Assembly (NCBI GenBank): GCA_964629955.1
Contig: CAZVSA010000003.1
Location: 1 to 45,487 of the forward strand
Origin: an uncultured Luteolibacter sp.
Lineage (GTDB): Bacteria > Verrucomicrobiota > Verrucomicrobiia > Verrucomicrobiales > Akkermansiaceae
Direction: 5' to 3'
DNA length: 45,487 nucleotides
In this document: positions 44,433 through 45,487 of the stretch, in pieces
How the letters are laid out: each line of letters opens with the position of its first letter
How positions within the stretch are numbered: position 1 is the stretch's first letter
The notes under the pieces: generated by a model
Databases searched by the model: none
The model's input: the letters and a program-made list of their open reading frames with translations, nothing else
Told to the model about the DNA's origin: nothing
Made by a program: the position numbers and the translations under genes

Positions 44433-45487
44433 TCACACCGCCACTCCAATATCCTCCTTCACGGCATCCGTGAATCTCCCGATCCAATGATGCACGGCAT
44501 CGGCGTCGCGGTGCTCTACGAGGATGCGGATCTTGTTTTCGGTGCCGGAGTAGCGGATGAGGTGGCGGCCGGCGTCGCCGAAGGCCTGGTCGGCTTCCTT
44601 GATGAGTTTCTGGAGGCCGGGAAGCTCCGCCAGCGGAGGCTTGGCGGTCACCTTGAGGTTGACGAGTTCCTGGGGAAACTCCCGCATGCAAGCGGCGAGT
44701 TCGGCGAGAGTTGCCTTTTTCTCCTTCATCACGCGCAGGATTTGCAGGGCGCTGAGAATGCCGTCTCCGGTGGTGGCATGATCGGCGAAGATGAGGTGGC
44801 CGGAGTTTTCGCCGCCGAAGGAGCCGTCCTTTTCGCGCAGAGCCTCGATGACGTTGCGGTCGCCGACGGGAGTGACGATGACTTCGATGCCCGCCCGCTT
44901 CATCGCTTCATGCAGGCCGAGGTTGCTCATGACGGTGCAGGCCATCCTGTTGCCGCGGAGGCGGCCTTGCTCGTGGAGGGAAATCGCCGCCAGAGCGAGA
45001 ATGCGGTCGCCGGAAACGGGGGTGCCGGTCGCGTCGGTGAAGATGACCCGGTCGGCGTCTCCGTCGAAAGAAATCCCAAGATCGGCGCCGTGACGCCGGA
45101 CAAGTTCCCCGGCGGCTTCGGGATGGAGAGCGCCACAGCGGTCGTTGATGTTAATGCCGTCGGGCTCACAACCGTGTTTGATGACTTCCGCACCGAGTTC
45201 CTTGAAAATGAGCGGGGCGATGAACCAGGCCGCGCCGTGTCCGCAATCGACCACGATTTTCAGATCGTGGAGAGGGATGTTGTCGGCGGTGTGCTTGGCG
45301 AACTCGATGTAACGCCCCCGGGCGTCGTCGATCCGGTAGGCTTTGCCGATTTTCTCCGGCGACATGGCGCGGGGCTCGGGCTCGTCGCCGAGGATGTGGC
45401 GCTCGATGATTTCCTCCAGCGCGTCGGAGAGTTTGTAGCCGTCGGGGCCGAAGATTTTCAGGCCGTTGTCCTCGTAGGGGTTGTGGG
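44433..45487 (-). CDS. glmM: phosphoglucosamine mutase (5' end outside the window)
   Basis: The frame stays open to the window edge (HNPYEDNGLKIF); DGDADR, GGENSGH, TTGDG and RYSGTE motifs; upstream of glmS. Confidence 0.93.
   Translation of the reverse strand, partial: HNPYEDNGLKIFGPDGYKLSDALEEIIERHILGDEPEPRAMSPEKIGKAYRIDDARGRYIEFAKHTADNIPLHDLKIVVDCGHGAAWFIAPLIFKELGAEVIKHGCEPDGININDRCGALHPEAAGELVRRHGADLGISFDGDADRVIFTDATGTPVSGDRILALAAISLHEQGRLRGNRMACTVMSNLGLHEAMKRAGIEVIVTPVGDRNVIEALREKDGSFGGENSGHLIFADHATTGDGILSALQILRVMKEKKATLAELAACMREFPQELVNLKVTAKPPLAELPGLQKLIKEADQAFGDAGRHLIRYSGTENKIRILVEHRDADAVHHWIGRFTDAVKEDIGVAV

Overview
High-GC bacterial chromosomal window, most consistent with Verrucomicrobiota (inferred from a PVC-type heme-c/beta-propeller/HEAT protein and gene style). 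It is dominated by nitrogen scavenging. (i) An assimilatory nitrate/nitrite cluster (6650-17207, minus strand): nrtABCD-like ABC transporter, nirA, a stand-alone flavodoxin, a 4x[4Fe-4S]/DmsC membrane-anchor fusion and a cytoplasmic Mo-bisPGD nitrate reductase. (ii) A cyanate cluster: cynABD-like ABC transporter, cynS and an AlgE-type porin. Each of these two clusters is headed by a signal-peptide-less NrtA/NasS-like protein divergent from a LysR regulator. (iii) A reductive pyrimidine/beta-alanine catabolic cluster that lacks preTA but contains a heparinase II/III-like gene. The flanks hold a NodIJ-like ABC-2 exporter, a UPF0175/DUF3368 toxin-antitoxin pair, an S10 peptidase, a GNAT, rodA, a frameshifted SnoaL/KSI-like gene and glmM-DUF433-acetyltransferase-glmS. 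The most striking unannotated signal is a recurring promoter architecture: a palindromic LysR-type box (ATGA-N7-TCAT) 50-51 bp upstream of a sigma54-like -24/-12 element at four nitrogen genes, with no AAA+ enhancer-binding protein or ANTAR protein in the window. All assignments come from reading motifs; no database searches were run.
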